From: an uncultured Spirochaetota bacterium
Lineage (GTDB): Bacteria; Spirochaetota; Spirochaetia; SZUA-6; Fen-1364
DNA: 64,000 bases
NCBI GenBank assembly: GCA_963734545.1
Contig: CAVTHO010000004.1
Span: 1 to 64,000 of the forward strand
Direction of reading: 5' to 3'
Made by a program: the position numbers and the translations under genes. The number at the start of each line of letters is the position of its first letter. The first letter of the stretch is position 1. Below are positions 26,570 through 35,368 of this stretch, one piece after another. The notes under the pieces were generated by a model that saw nothing but the letters and a program-made list of their open reading frames with translations, searched no databases and was not told where the DNA came from.

Positions 26570-26620
26570 GGCAGGAATGCCGGAGGCACGGATGCCTCCC
26601 GAGAAGTCAAGGAGGGTCAC
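26570..26620 (+). promoter_or_regulatory. CsrA-binding GGA hairpins in the second flaB leader
   Basis: GGCA-GGAA-TGCC, GGAGGC-ACGGAT-GCCTCC, then RBS AAGGAGG. Confidence 0.65.
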
Positions 26621-27463
26621 ATGATCATCAACCACAACATGAGCGCTCTGTTCGCGAACAGGCAGGTCAAGTTCAACGAGCTCGACCTGAACAGGGACAT
26701 CGAGAAGCTGTCCACCGGTATGCGGATCAACAGGGGCGGCGACGATGCGTCCGGTCTGGCCGTATCCGAGAAGCTCCGCTCGCAGATCCGCGGGCTCAAC
26801 CAGGCGGGCAGGAACATAGAGAATGCGACGTCCTTTATCCAGACCACGGAAGGCTATCTGGCAGAGACGCAGGATATCATGCACCGACTCCGGGAGCTGG
26901 CTGTCCAGTCGGCGAACGGAATCTACTCAACCGAAGATCGGGCGCAGATACAGGTCGAAGTCTCGCAGCTGGTCGACGAGGTCAACAGGATCGCGTCCCA
27001 TGCCCAGTTCAACGGGATGAACATGCTCACCGGTCGGTTCGGCAATCCATCACAGGGTGGGGTCGTTCCGGACTCGATGTTCTTCCAGGTCGGACCAAAC
27101 ATGGACCAGCGCAAGCAGGTGTTCATCGGTACCATGACGGCAGGGGCGCTGCATATCGGGGGGATTTCAATCTCCACGCCCGACAAAGCCAACCAGGCCA
27201 TCGGTTCGGTGGACGCGGCCATGACGAGGATTTCGAAGCAGCGCGCCGATCTCGGCGCCTACCAGAATCGCTTTGAGATGGCTGCCCGGGGGGTCGCGGT
27301 TGCGGCGGAGAACATGCAAGCCGCCGAATCTCTGATTCGCGATACAGACATTGCGGCACAAATGGTCAGCTACACGAAGAACCAGATTCTGATGCAGTCC
27401 AGCACTGCGATGCTCGCGCAGGCCAACCTGAAACCAAGGTCGGTCCTGCAGCTGCTCCAGTAG
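26621..27463 (+). CDS. flaB: flagellar filament core protein FlaB (second paralog)
   Basis: [28 protein letters not shown]; 280 aa. Confidence 0.97.
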   Translation: MIINHNMSALFANRQVKFNELDLNRDIEKLSTGMRINRGGDDASGLAVSEKLRSQIRGLNQAGRNIENATSFIQTTEGYLAETQDIMHRLRELAVQSANGIYSTEDRAQIQVEVSQLVDEVNRIASHAQFNGMNMLTGRFGNPSQGGVVPDSMFFQVGPNMDQRKQVFIGTMTAGALHIGGISISTPDKANQAIGSVDAAMTRISKQRADLGAYQNRFEMAARGVAVAAENMQAAESLIRDTDIAAQMVSYTKNQILMQSSTAMLAQANLKPRSVLQLLQ

Positions 27464-27531
27464 ACAGACTGCTCAGTTTCGCACCGTTCCCGACGGGAGA
27501 GGCTTCTGGACGTCGCTTCTTCCGAGTTGGC

Positions 27532-27568
27532 GATGGGGCGGGGAGGTCGCGCCCTCCCTCCCATCTTT
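27532..27568 (+). terminator. possible intrinsic terminator after the second flaB
   Basis: GATGGG..GGGAGG/CCTCCC..CCCATC stem followed by a short T run. Confidence 0.4.
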
Positions 27569-27702
27569 ACCAAATCCCGTCATGAGTGCGCGGGGATACC
27601 GCGCAACCGTCCATGACAGGTACCGCGGGGTACCGCGGTAGGCTTGGCGGCGGAGCCGCCAAGAAGCTACTCCCCGAGGATTCCAGGCACGACGGGAGGC
27701 AA

Positions 27703-27718
27703 AGTACATGGAGGTACT
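27703..27718 (+). promoter_or_regulatory. CsrA-site hairpin covering the flaG RBS
   Basis: AGTAC-ATGGAG-GTACT, close to the CsrA consensus RUACARGGAUGU. Confidence 0.6.
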
Positions 27719-27721
27719 GCT

Positions 27722-28066
27722 ATGAGTATGGAGATACCGGGAATTCTTAAAGGCAGTCCCGTGCCCGATGTCCTCTTGAAGGAGGCGCGGGCGGCGGATC
27801 GACCACCCCGGCCTCAGCCAGAGCCGGAACAGCAAAGGCTCTCGCGCCAGGAGATCGAAAACCAGGCAAAGGCGCTGGAAAGGACGTTCCTCGCCTTCAA
27901 CCGACGGGTCGTCCTGTCCGTGAACGAGCAGATCAACCAGGTCATCATCAAGGTGGTTGACGCTGAAACCGATAAGGTAATCAAGGAGATCCCCGCCGAG
28001 GAAATCCAGCATCTGATCGCCAGAATCAAGGAGACGATCGGCCTTCTGGTCGACGAGAAGATCTGA
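27722..28066 (+). CDS. flaG: flagellar protein FlaG
   Basis: VIIKVVDAETDKVIKEIPAEE..GLLVDEKI; between flaB and fliD. Confidence 0.9.
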   Translation: MSMEIPGILKGSPVPDVLLKEARAADRPPRPQPEPEQQRLSRQEIENQAKALERTFLAFNRRVVLSVNEQINQVIIKVVDAETDKVIKEIPAEEIQHLIARIKETIGLLVDEKI

Positions 28067-28101
28067 CGTGACGCCTCGGGAGGGGAACAACGGCCGCACA
28101 G

Positions 28102-30125
28102 ATGTCAGACTTGTCCATCCCGGGCGTCACCGATAAGTACAACACCCAGAAAATCATCGACGCCCTGATGGCGGCCAAGAGGGAGCCCCTGACGCGCATG
28201 CAGAAGGAGCTCACCGTCGAGCAGCAGAAGAAAACCGTCTGGCAGGATGTCACGCGAAAAGTGTCCGGACTGCGCGACACCGCGCGGCTGCTCTACGGGT
28301 TCCAGAACCCTTTCAATGACAGGGTCGCCGCTTCTTCCGACGATCGGACACTCGTGGGAACGGCGACCCGCCAGGCGGTGGAAGAAACCAAGAAGATACT
28401 GGTCAAGAAGGTTGCCACCGCGGACCGGTTTCTCTCGCGGTCGCTTCCCCGGGATTTCACCGTGGATCCGGGGCAGTACACCTTCAAGGTGGGAGACAAG
28501 CAGGTTTCGCTCTCCTGGAAGGGCGGGTCGCTGCGCGGATTCGCGGATGCGCTGAACGCGAAGGGCGGCGACATTCTCACCGCGTCGGTCGTGAATGACA
28601 CCAAGGCCACGCAGGTGCTCCTTGTCGAAGGAAAGCTTACCGGCAGCACGAATCGCCTCTCCTTCCTGGACAAGGCGGCCGACCTTGCTGTCCAAACCGG
28701 GCATGCTGCAGCGCGCGCAAACCGGCACGCGGCAATTGGCCGTAGATCAGAAGGCCCTCACGCAGTGGACCCGGCCGCTGACACCGGACGCGTACCAGGT
28801 GCAGGGCGGTACCCTCACGGTGAACCCCGGCGCCGAGCTGAAGATCCCCGTCAGCCCCGCAATCCCGCTCAACAAGAACATGGTCCTCGAGCTCTCGGTG
28901 AAAGTGGAGAAGCTTCCCGAGGCATTGGGGGTCGAGGCAAAGCCTCCTCCCGGGCCATCCATCCCTTCGACGGGCGGCATCGATTTCAAGGGCGTGCACG
29001 TCGAAAGCGCCCCCTCCGAGACGCCGCTGCCCGGTGTGGCAGCCCCCCACTCCCCCCGAAAACATCACGGATCTGCAGAGCCTCTTCATGGAAGGGGACG
29101 GCAAGGTCATCCCCCTGCCGCCCCTCCCGGACTCCGCGGAATACCAGAGGATCCAAATCCCCGTCGGGGAGATGGCATCGACGCTGGACGCGCTGGATCT
29201 GCGCAATCGCAACACGTATCGCAAGCTCGACGTGAAGGACATCTCGATCTTCGACAAGACGCAGCGGGGAGACTACACGCCCACGAACGCGCTGTCGGAA
29301 TCCGGGGACGCCCTCATCGAGATGGACGGGATCGAGGTGAAGAGAGGGACGAACAATATCGACGACCTCATACCCGGCGTCACTCTTACGTTGAAGGCCC
29401 CGAGCGACACGCCGGTGGAGCTTGCCGTGAAGCACGACGTGGAGGGGATCAAGAAGCAGGTCATGGGCCTGGTGGGTTCGTACAACCAGATCATCACGGA
29501 CCTCGACGTGCTCACGCGCAAGGACGAGTCGATCATCGAGAACGCCACCTACCTGACGGATGACGAGAGGAAGAAGGCCAGGGACAATCTCGGGCTTCTC
29601 TTCGGCGATCTCTCGCTGCAGCAGCTCAAGAGCTCGATGCAGAATATCATGATGAACCCCTACCCCACTTCCCTGGGCAGGGACCTCAGCCTCCTGGCGC
29701 AGATCGGCATCTCCACGGACACGCGGGCGCCGGGCGCCGGTGGCATCGACAAGACCCGACTGCGCGGCTACCTGGAGATCGACGATCCGAAGTTTACCGC
29801 CGAAGTCGAGCGGCACGCCGAGGGAGTGAGGCAGCTCTTCGGGAACGACACGACGGGGGACCTCGTCGTGGACTCGGGGGCCGCGTACAAGCTGGACGCA
29901 CTTCTGACCCCCTACGTCGCGACGGGTGGCATCATTCCCCAGCGGGCGACCACGCTTGACCAGCAGATCGCGGCCTCCAACAGGGATATTGCCAATTACA
30001 AGCGGAAGCTCGATGATTACCAGGCGGAGTTGAAGCGAAAGTACGGTGAGATGGGGGGCGCCCTGGACACTCTTCAGAAGAGCTCTCAGTCGATGCAGAA
30101 CTTCAACAAGCAGAACAACCAGTAA
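28102..30125 (+). CDS. fliD: flagellar filament cap protein FliD (two frameshifts)
   Basis: IPGVTDKYNTQKIIDALM N-terminus; NNIDDLIPGVTLTL, LAQIGIST, C-terminal coiled coil. Confidence 0.9.
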
Positions 30126-30136
30126 GAGGAGACCCC

Positions 30137-31081
30137 GTGCGCCTGACGATCAACGGTGAGCAGGTGAGCTACTCCCTCGAGAAAGAACGCACGCTGGGAG
30201 AAGTGGTGCGGGGGATCCAGACCTGGCTGGCCGATGCCGGATTCCTCATCACGGGCATGCACGCGGCGGGCGCATCCGGAGGCGGCGCGCAGGACCTTTT
30301 GCGGGCTCCCCCGGCCGATTGGGGTGGAACAGCGGTGGGATCGGTGCGGGAGCTGGACGTACAGGCCACTCATACCGGGGCGCTGAAGCTCGAACACTGG
30401 CGGACCGTCGACGCGTGGATGGGAATGCTCGCCGACGAGATCAAGTCCACGGGAGCAGGCATCCATCCGGAGCCGGGTGCGGACACTCTGGAGAACCTGC
30501 TTGCCGACCTTCCGGACACGATCGAGAGTCTTCGAACAAACCCCTTCCTTCCACCTGGTTCCGACGCGATAGACAGGTTCAAGGCGCTTTTCAAGGGACA
30601 CGGGACGGCCGAGGGAGCGCCGCAGGGCACGGTGCGCGAGGCTGCGGCCGCGGTACGCGCATGGCCCGCCGAGCGGGCGCGCGAGGCAGCTGCCCTGATT
30701 GGCGAGCTCCGCGCAGGGCTCCAGCAGCGCATCGCGGACGCCTCCCGGCCCGCGGAAGCGCTGGCTCGATGCGCGGCAAGAGTGCGGGATTCGCTGGCGC
30801 GCCTCCCGAACGTGTCGCTCCTCCTGCAAACCGGCCATGACAAGGACGCCATGGACATCGTGATCGGGTTCGCCGACACGGTGCAGGCCCTCCTCGTGCT
30901 GGTGCCTTTCCTCGCCCCCGATCACGAGCGCGGGAAGCTGCTCGCCGAGTTCACCCCCGTGCTGAAAGAGCTGGTTGCCGCATTCGGCGCGAAGGACTCG
31001 GTGCTGATCGGCGACCTCCTGGAATACGAGGTCGCACCCCGCATGGAGCGGCTCGCCCCGCTTCTGGAGAAGACCGCATGA
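30137..31081 (+). CDS. hypothetical protein in the fliD operon
   Basis: RBS AAGAGGAG, GTG start; C-terminal DSVLIGDLLEYE; stop overlaps the next gene's ATG. Confidence 0.7.
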   Translation: MRLTINGEQVSYSLEKERTLGEVVRGIQTWLADAGFLITGMHAAGASGGGAQDLLRAPPADWGGTAVGSVRELDVQATHTGALKLEHWRTVDAWMGMLADEIKSTGAGIHPEPGADTLENLLADLPDTIESLRTNPFLPPGSDAIDRFKALFKGHGTAEGAPQGTVREAAAAVRAWPAERAREAAALIGELRAGLQQRIADASRPAEALARCAARVRDSLARLPNVSLLLQTGHDKDAMDIVIGFADTVQALLVLVPFLAPDHERGKLLAEFTPVLKELVAAFGAKDSVLIGDLLEYEVAPRMERLAPLLEKTA

Positions 31082-32250
31082 TCCTGCTCCAGGCCGGGGG
31101 CCAGTACAGCAGCGCGTTATCAGCCGACCCGAACATGTTCCTCTACTTTGCGCTCGGCTTTGGCGGAATCGTGGTGCTCCTCCTGGTCGCCTCTCTGATC
31201 AGCAGGCGGCGCGGGCCGCGCTCCGAGGCCGATCTCCAGCGTTACAACAGCGGGATTTTCCGGCGTACGGCAAAGTCGCTTGGGCTGCCGGAGCCGCACG
31301 TTGCCATGCTGGAGAACCTGGTGCGGCTGTGCAAGGTCAAGCAGCCCTTCCTCGTGTTCTCCAGCGCGAGCCTGCTGGACGACACGCTCAAGAAAGGCCT
31401 GTATTCCCTCGAGAGCGCCCGGGACCTGCCGCCGGAGGAGCGGGAGAAGCGCAGGGCGATCATCTTCCAGATCAAGCAGATCATCGAGGGCAACGCGCGC
31501 AAAGGGGCCGTGCTGAACTCCACTACCTTCCTCCGGCCGGGCCAGAACCTGTCGGTCACTCCTGAAGGCGCGGCGGCGTTCTCCAGCAGGGTCACTTCCA
31601 ACATGAAGGACTTCCTCACCGTGGCGGCGCCGGCGGCCCCCGCGGGCGCCGCCACGCGATGGATGCGGGGGACGAAGCTCGCCGTGTACCTCTGGCGGGA
31701 CAACGATGCAGGCTATTCCTTCGTCTCGAAGATCCTCGGCTATGACACGGTGAAGGGGGTCTCCAGCATCCTCATCCAGCATTCGAAGACACTGCGCAGG
31801 GAGCAGCGGCGCAGAAGCAGGCGAAGGGAGCTGATGCGGGCGTGCTTCTACTATCCCATCCGCATCGCGGAAGATCAGGGCCGCAAGGGGGACAGGAAAG
31901 CGGTCGTGGAGCTGAACATACGGACCCTCGGCACGGTTGTCGACCTTTCCGCCGGCGGCTGCGCCATCCAGACTCTGAACCCGTTCGACAAGGGCAAGCT
32001 CGTCATGATCGAGTTCGACATCGACCGGCAGGTGCCGGTGCGGACCTTCGGAAAAGTGATGCACGTGCGCAAGCAGAAGACCCGCGGCGGCGTCATGCAC
32101 GTGAAGTTCACGCGCGTGACGCAGCAGCATCTGAACAGGATCAGCGAGTTCGTCTATGATTTCTCCCGCCCCACCACGCTGGGCCAGGTGCGCCAGCAAA
32201 TGGACCGGTCCATCCCGGGCAGGCAGGACACGAGTACCTCTCCGCGTTGA
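31078..32250 (+). CDS. membrane-anchored PilZ-domain (flagellar brake/YcgR-like) protein
   Basis: N-terminal TM helix; QRRRSRR and DLSAGG PilZ motifs. Confidence 0.8.
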   Translation: MILLQAGGQYSSALSADPNMFLYFALGFGGIVVLLLVASLISRRRGPRSEADLQRYNSGIFRRTAKSLGLPEPHVAMLENLVRLCKVKQPFLVFSSASLLDDTLKKGLYSLESARDLPPEEREKRRAIIFQIKQIIEGNARKGAVLNSTTFLRPGQNLSVTPEGAAAFSSRVTSNMKDFLTVAAPAAPAGAATRWMRGTKLAVYLWRDNDAGYSFVSKILGYDTVKGVSSILIQHSKTLRREQRRRSRRRELMRACFYYPIRIAEDQGRKGDRKAVVELNIRTLGTVVDLSAGGCAIQTLNPFDKGKLVMIEFDIDRQVPVRTFGKVMHVRKQKTRGGVMHVKFTRVTQQHLNRISEFVYDFSRPTTLGQVRQQMDRSIPGRQDTSTSPR

Positions 32251-32264
32251 CCCCGCGCCGAACA

Positions 32265-32293
32265 TTGACCGAGGTGTGCCTTTCCACTACTCT
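32265..32293 (+). promoter_or_regulatory. sigma70 promoter for tsaE-tsaB-HD-GYP (leaderless)
   Basis: TTGACC-N17-TACTCT, 6 nt before GTG 32300. Confidence 0.5.
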
Positions 32294-32299
32294 CCAACC

Positions 32300-32770
32300 G
32301 TGAGCACGGACGGTCCCCTGCGCCATCACAGCGCAAGCCCCGAGGAGACGATCGCGTTGGGCGCGCGCATCGGCGCGCGTATTGCGGGGAATTCCGCTGA
32401 CGGCGCGCTCGTGCTGCTGATCGGGCCGCTCGGCGCGGGCAAGACGGTCCTGGCAAAAGGAATCGCGCGCGGCCTCGGAATAGAGGAGCAGATCATCAGC
32501 CCCACGTACACGATCGTCTCCGAGTACGGCTCGGGACGCGTGCCCCTGCATCACGTCGACCTGTACAGGATCGAGGGGACGGAGCAGATGGAGAACCTCG
32601 GCCTGGAGGATATCGTGCGCGGGAACGGAATCGTGGTCGTGGAATGGGGAGAAAAGCTCGCGCCGAGCCTCGTTGCCGCGGCAACAGACCGCGAGCCGCG
32701 CATACGGGTGACCATCGCGATGGCGGCGGACGGCGGCCGCGATATCACGGTGGAGGACATCCCGGTATGA
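32300..32770 (+). CDS. tsaE: tRNA t6A biosynthesis ATPase TsaE
   Basis: GPLGAGKT, SPTYTIV, HVDLYR, VVEWGE. Confidence 0.95.
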   Translation: MSTDGPLRHHSASPEETIALGARIGARIAGNSADGALVLLIGPLGAGKTVLAKGIARGLGIEEQIISPTYTIVSEYGSGRVPLHHVDLYRIEGTEQMENLGLEDIVRGNGIVVVEWGEKLAPSLVAAATDREPRIRVTIAMAADGGRDITVEDIPV

Positions 32771-33423
32771 ATGTCCTGGCCATCGACACTGCCACTGAAA
32801 CGCTCGCGCTTGCCGCAGCCCGGGGCGACTCCTGGGCGTCGCTGTGCCTGCGCCGCGGTCTCCAGCACTCCCGCGCGCTGCTGCCCCTCGCCGAAAGCCT
32901 CCTCACGCAGCTGGGAATGAATGCGACGGACCTGGAGCTCCTGGTCTGCTCGCGAGGGCCGGGCTCCTTCACGGGCATCCGGATCGGCCTCGCCACCGCG
33001 ATGGGCATCAGCCACGGAAGGGGAATCCCGCTCGTGGGCGTGTCCACCCTGGATGCCATTGCGCGCCCGTGGGCGGCGCACGACGGCGACGTGTGCGCGG
33101 TCATCGACGCGCGCAAGGGCAAGTATTACGCGGCCCTTTTTCGCGCGGGGGCCCTTCAGGGCACGTACCGTGACGTCTCCCCCGCCGAGCTGACACAGCT
33201 TCTCGCGGCCGCCGACAGGCCGCTGCTGGCAGGTCCTGACGCGCCCCGGATCGGGGCGCTGCTGGGCGACGACGGACGGGGGGTTGCGCGCACGGACTTC
33301 TTCGATCCTCGCTCACTCCTGCGCATCGGCGTGGAACAATTCGAGAAGCAGGGTGCGGATCCTTCGTCGCTTCAGCCCTTGTACCTTCGCAAGAGCGAGG
33401 CAGAAATTGCGAGTGGCGTATGA
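32767..33423 (+). CDS. tsaB: tRNA t6A biosynthesis protein TsaB
   Basis: MNVLAIDTA, GPGSFTGIRIG, IDARK, PLYLRKSEAE. Confidence 0.95.
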   Translation: MNVLAIDTATETLALAAARGDSWASLCLRRGLQHSRALLPLAESLLTQLGMNATDLELLVCSRGPGSFTGIRIGLATAMGISHGRGIPLVGVSTLDAIARPWAAHDGDVCAVIDARKGKYYAALFRAGALQGTYRDVSPAELTQLLAAADRPLLAGPDAPRIGALLGDDGRGVARTDFFDPRSLLRIGVEQFEKQGADPSSLQPLYLRKSEAEIASGV

Positions 33424-34579
33424 GCACGCGTGACGAGAGTAAAATGCCGCCAGGAGCGGCCGGCAAAATGCCGCCAGGAGCGGCCGGTGAAATGCCGCCA
33501 GGAGCGGCCGGTGGCAATGCGCGCAGGGACGAGCCCCTTGACCTGGAGCTTGTTGAAGAGCCGGCCCCGGGAACGGCGAGGCGGGGCGCGAATTGGACTC
33601 TCCCGAGTTCATCGCCTGGAAGAACTCCTACCTCAACGAACGGCTGCCCAGCCTCTTTCTCGACGGAACCCTGAAGATCCTGCGGGTGAATGACACGTTC
33701 TGCAGGATGTACGCGTGCGAGCCCGAGATGACGGGCGTGTATTTCACCCAGTTCTATGCGCCCTATTTCAATGAGAAGAGAAGCGCCGAGCTGTTCCGCG
33801 CGGTCCGCTCCGCCGACAACGGATTCATGTGGCGCGGCAGGGTGGAAAAGATCGCCACGGACAGGCTGCTCAACGTGTCAAAGATATGGATCATTCCGGT
33901 GCGTCAGAGCCCGGGGGCACTGCCGCGCGCCTACAGCGCCGTCTGCCTGGACATCACGGAGGAACACCGGCAGCTCCTCCAGAGCACGTTCACGAGCCTG
34001 CTGGGAGCGGCGCGCCTGAAGGACAATGACACGGGAAATCACATCGAGCGGGTCAACAGGTATGCGCGCAGCCTCGCGGAGGACCTGGTCGGCAGGCCGG
34101 AAACACCGGACGTGGACCACGAGTTCGTCGAAACCATCGGGCTCGTGGCCGCGCTGCATGACGTGGGCAAGATCGGCACGCCGGACGACATTCTCAACAA
34201 GGCGGGAAAGCTGGAAGCCTGGGAATGGGACGTCATGAAGCAGCACACGACGAACGGCGCGTATATTCTTTCCACATATCCCCACCCGATGGCACGGGAG
34301 ATCGCGCTGCGTCATCATGAGCGGTGGGACGGAAGCGGGTACCCGCACGGCCTCAGCCAGGACCTCATTCCCATCTCGGCACGCATCGTGTCGATTGCCG
34401 ATGTGTATGACGCCCTGAGGATGCGCCGCGCCTACAAGGAGGCCTTCACGCACGAGCAGGTCCTGGAAAGCATGGGCGGCGAGTCAGGGTCGCACTTCGA
34501 TCCGTTCCTGGTCACGCGTTTCATGGCGATATCGGAATCTTTCCGATCGATCTTCAGCGAGCTTGCGGATCCTTCTTAG
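33420..34579 (+). CDS. PAS-like + HD-GYP cyclic dinucleotide phosphodiesterase (probable frameshift near 33590)
   Basis: [38 protein letters not shown]; ATG overlaps the tsaB stop. Confidence 0.85.
33441..33512 (+). repeat. 3 x 24-bp tandem repeat (CAGGA-loop hairpins)
   Basis: RAAATGCCGCCAGGAGCGGCCGGY at 33441, 33465, 33489. Confidence 0.95.
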
Positions 34580-34919
34580 GCGGGATGCCGCCGGGAGCGG
34601 CCGGTGGCTTCGTGGAGGGAGCGGCCGGTGGAATGCCGCCAGGAGCGGCCGGTGGAGTGCCGCCAGGAGCGGCCGATTTGCCGGATGCGGGGTTTGTGCC
34701 CATGAGCCCCTGCAGGCTCGGCAGGGTCTGCGGTGCGGCGGAGGCAGCGGCGCGGTTCTCCTCCTGTATCGCCGCATAGACCTCCCGGCGATACACCTTG
34801 ACCTGGGAGGGCGCGTTGATGCCCAGCTTGACCTGGTCTCCCTTGATGTCGACCACGGTGAGCTCGACCTGATCGCCGATCATGATGCTCTCGCCGATGC
34901 GGCGCGCGAGGATCAGCAT
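34554..34919 (-). CDS. csrA: carbon storage regulator CsrA with repeat-derived C-terminal extension
   Basis: [31 protein letters not shown]; next to fliW. Confidence 0.95.
   Translation of the reverse strand: MLILARRIGESIMIGDQVELTVVDIKGDQVKLGINAPSQVKVYRREVYAAIQEENRAAASAAPQTLPSLQGLMGTNPASGKSAAPGGTPPAAPGGIPPAAPSTKPPAAPGGIPPKKDPQAR
34582..34677 (+). repeat. 4 x 24-bp tandem repeat, same family as 33441-33512
   Basis: Units at 34582, 34606 (degenerate), 34630, 34654; core TGCCGCCAGGAGCGGCCG. Confidence 0.9.
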
Positions 34920-35365
34920 GAAGCGCCTTGCCTGGCCCGGGCAAGCTCATCCAGAATGACGTGACGCACTCCCCACCGGGGGTTGCTGCTGATCGATTGC
35001 CGACCTTCGCGCGTGCGCCGATTCAGGATGAGCGGTCCCTGGAGGTTCGCGGTCATCAGGGAGGAGTTTTCCGGAATGGTGACGATGGCGAAAACGAGCC
35101 CGTCCTCTCCCGCGGCAACCCCGATTTCCTCGAGCTCGCCCGGGTCCACGTCCGGAGTGTAGTCCGGCCGGAAGAACAGCGGGTCGATCAGCACAAAAGC
35201 CACCTCGACGCGCTCGACCGACTGAAGCCAGTAGAAAGGCTGCTGGGTGGCGTCCAGAAGCACGAACTCGCGCAGATTTTCGAAACCGAACAAGCCCCGG
35301 GGAAATCTTATCCGCTGGCCTTCAGCGATCTCCACTTCTCCATACGGCTTGGTGAGCACTTTCAT
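34913..35365 (-). CDS. fliW: flagellar assembly factor FliW
   Basis: [26 protein letters not shown]. Confidence 0.95.
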   Translation of the reverse strand: MKVLTKPYGEVEIAEGQRIRFPRGLFGFENLREFVLLDATQQPFYWLQSVERVEVAFVLIDPLFFRPDYTPDVDPGELEEIGVAAGEDGLVFAIVTIPENSSLMTANLQGPLILNRRTREGRQSISSNPRWGVRHVILDELARARQGASC

Positions 35366-35368
35366 GGC

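Noticed and set aside
33441-34677. 24-bp repeats as a CRISPR array or transposon ends
   Set aside because: Units are head-to-tail with no spacers, and there is no cas or transposase gene and no inverted terminal repeats
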